Shown in pieces: positions 15,902 through 17,677 of a stretch of DNA of 17,677 nt. This DNA comes from Promethearchaeota archaeon (GTDB lineage: Archaea > Asgardarchaeota > Lokiarchaeia > Sigyniarchaeales > SOKP01). The stretch covers positions 1-17,677 of the forward strand of contig RDOE01000068.1 of NCBI GenBank assembly GCA_011364975.1, written 5' to 3'. A program made the translations under genes and the position numbers. The notes below the pieces were generated by a model, which searched no databases, was not told the DNA's origin, and was given only the letters and a program-made list of their open reading frames with translations. The first letter of the stretch is position 1. The number at the start of each line of letters is the position of its first letter.

Positions 15902-16066
15902 ATGAGTCCAATTGATGACCCTGAAAAAAGAAAGATCGCTCGACATCATTTACTAGAAAAAAGTGTTTGCCGCAAGTGTGGGGCATTGAATCCAATTCGG
16001 GCAAAGAAGTGTCGCAGATGCAAATCAAAAGATTTAAGGCTAAAGAAGAGAGAACTCACTAAGTAG
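15902..16066 (+). CDS. rpl40e: 50S ribosomal protein eL40 (not in ORF track)
   Basis: [54 protein letters not shown] carries the CRKC-x-A-x-NP-x2-A-x-KCR-x-C...LR signature. SD-like GAGGA at 15889-15893. Confidence 0.96.
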   Translation: MSPIDDPEKRKIARHHLLEKSVCRKCGALNPIRAKKCRRCKSKDLRLKKRELTK

Positions 16067-16092
16067 ATTTTGTTATTTTTATTTATAACGTT

Positions 16093-16566
16093 CTAGCACT
16101 CTTTATTGCGGATAATCAAAATTCGTTCTTTTATTTTTCTAATGTAGATAATTAAAAGCCCTGCAGGAATCACCAGACTTAATCCTAAAATTGGATTTTT
16201 AAATATAAAGATAATACTACCGAGAGGGTATAAAAAGCGAATTAGAAATTTTAATCCTCGACTGTTGAGTGGCTTTCTAAGAATAATTTGAATTGAATAT
16301 TGGAAAATTGAGGGAATCCAAGAGGATATAAAAAGTATCAGAATGACCGGTAGATCTACAAGATTGACAATGTAAAAATAAAACGCATTCCCTAAAATTA
16401 GAGCTATGGTAGTACCCATTAAAAAAGCAGAACACCCAATACAAAATGCATAATTAAATAAATAAAATACATGTTGCTCAAAATCAACACGATTCGGATT
16501 ATGATGTGCTAATGAATGGAGTATGATTCTCCCATTATTTTTACCATTCTGTTTTTCATTGAGCAT
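16093..16566 (-). CDS. Membrane protein, DUF2085-like
   Basis: HH-x-P-x-R...FCIGC followed by ~4 TM segments resembles the DUF2085 H...CxxC pattern. Confidence 0.6.
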   Translation of the reverse strand: MLNEKQNGKNNGRIILHSLAHHNPNRVDFEQHVFYLFNYAFCIGCSAFLMGTTIALILGNAFYFYIVNLVDLPVILILFISSWIPSIFQYSIQIILRKPLNSRGLKFLIRFLYPLGSIIFIFKNPILGLSLVIPAGLLIIYIRKIKERILIIRNKEC

Positions 16567-16659
16567 TTTTCATCTTTTTTTTTTGCCTTAAACTTAATAT
16601 CATTAATAGCATGTCCACATTTGATTCATTATTAGACATATATTATTTTTGATAGATTC

Positions 16660-17481
16660 TTAACAATCACAATCGCAATCATCACAGGCAAGAAATATTA
16701 AAAAGCATCGTCCTTTAGTTCCTATACCAAGCAATATTATGCTTATTACTATAAGCGTAATCCCTGAAGAGGGGTTTCTGAATACTGAACTTACCCCCGA
16801 TATCAACAATATAACACCAATTATTGAAAAAATAACAAGTACAAATATCGCCGAATCTGTTTGTTTTTTTGGTTTTGATATCGTTCCCATCGAGCTTTTC
16901 TGTGTCATCTGTTGGTTAGCTTGTTCCAATGGAGTCAATTCTGGTTTTAATTGGGAATTCTCCTCTTCCAATCTTCTCTGATTTGCCTCCTCTTGCAGAA
17001 TTATTCTTTCTTTCATTTCTTGAGCGTAATTATAGCTATTTTCTTTTTCCTGATCCCCTCCTTCTTCGGTTAAAGTGATATTTTTTTCTTTAAATGAAGT
17101 CACTTTGGTTCCTTGATTAATAAAATAATATGCCTCTCCATTATAATAAGTAGCCTTGATAGTTCCGTCCCAAACCATTTCATGTAAAAAGTCCTCAATA
17201 ATTCTTAATGGGGTTTTTGAATCATTTGTACCATCAAACAGATAATTCGTTTTATTCAGTAAAGTCCTACTCGTAAAGCTCGAATCGTGATTTTGCACTA
17301 AAAAGTTATAAATTTTATCCTTCAAATCTCCTTCTTCAATTGATCCATTAGAAAGTTCATTTCTAGGAATGATGACAGAAGATTTCTTTGAATTTATTGA
17401 TTCTTTTTTTAAAATTTCTTCACAAAATGGACAAAAATTGAAGTCATCACCCAATTCTGTACCACAATTTGGACACAACAT
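16660..17481 (-). CDS. Zinc-ribbon membrane protein with Cys/Asp-rich tail
   Basis: N-terminal CPNCG-x8-CPFC, central soluble domain, charged linker, two C-terminal TM helices and tail CFLIFLACDDCDCDC. Confidence 0.8.
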   Translation of the reverse strand: MLCPNCGTELGDDFNFCPFCEEILKKESINSKKSSVIIPRNELSNGSIEEGDLKDKIYNFLVQNHDSSFTSRTLLNKTNYLFDGTNDSKTPLRIIEDFLHEMVWDGTIKATYYNGEAYYFINQGTKVTSFKEKNITLTEEGGDQEKENSYNYAQEMKERIILQEEANQRRLEEENSQLKPELTPLEQANQQMTQKSSMGTISKPKKQTDSAIFVLVIFSIIGVILLISGVSSVFRNPSSGITLIVISIILLGIGTKGRCFLIFLACDDCDCDC

Positions 17482-17677
17482 AATTATCTAATCACGTATT
17501 ATTGAATTTGACTTTTCTATCTAATCTATTCTAGTAAGTGTAATTTTCATTTTTAAGGCTTATACTAGTAATATTAGAAAAATAGTGGTATTTTTTGGCT
17601 AAAACCCCCAAATTTAACCTTTTCTGAAGTCAGTTTTATGGTAAAATTTCCTTAAAAAATATTAATCTGAATTAAAT

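Noticed and set aside
16739-16981. 80-aa plus-strand ORF
   Set aside because: Antisense shadow of the zinc-ribbon membrane protein.
1-17677. CRISPR array, tRNA, rRNA, integrase or transposase
   Set aside because: No regularly spaced repeats, cloverleaf/T-loop motifs, GC-rich RNA islands or recombinase motifs seen.

Overview
AT-rich archaeal chromosomal window. It is most likely Asgard (Lokiarchaeia-like), inferred from eL38, an Rpn11/CSN5-like JAMM protein, type II Map, archaeal AspRS, Pth2 and a NusA paralog. Most genes are housekeeping: prs, a P-loop kinase, Alba, a DedA/VTT protein, a cyclophilin-like fold protein, an NTP-transferase, map, aspS, truD, pth2, NusA-like, rpl38e and rpl40e. 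There are also an orphan beta-class DNA methyltransferase, an alpha/beta hydrolase, a frameshifted IscU/NifU-like gene and several membrane proteins. The ORF track misses two small genes: a 55-aa Zn-ribbon (6338-6505) and rpl40e (15902-16066). The standout is the ~610-nt gap 7751-8363, which appears to encode a ~485-nt structured non-coding RNA on the + strand (7891-~8376). It has a correctly spaced TATA box, a perfect 12-bp 5'/3' closing helix, a chain of internal hairpins with G-U pairs, a candidate pseudoknot and an oligo-T terminator. By eye it does not match RNase P, SRP or tRNA signatures. All calls were made by eye; no database searches or folding programs were run.
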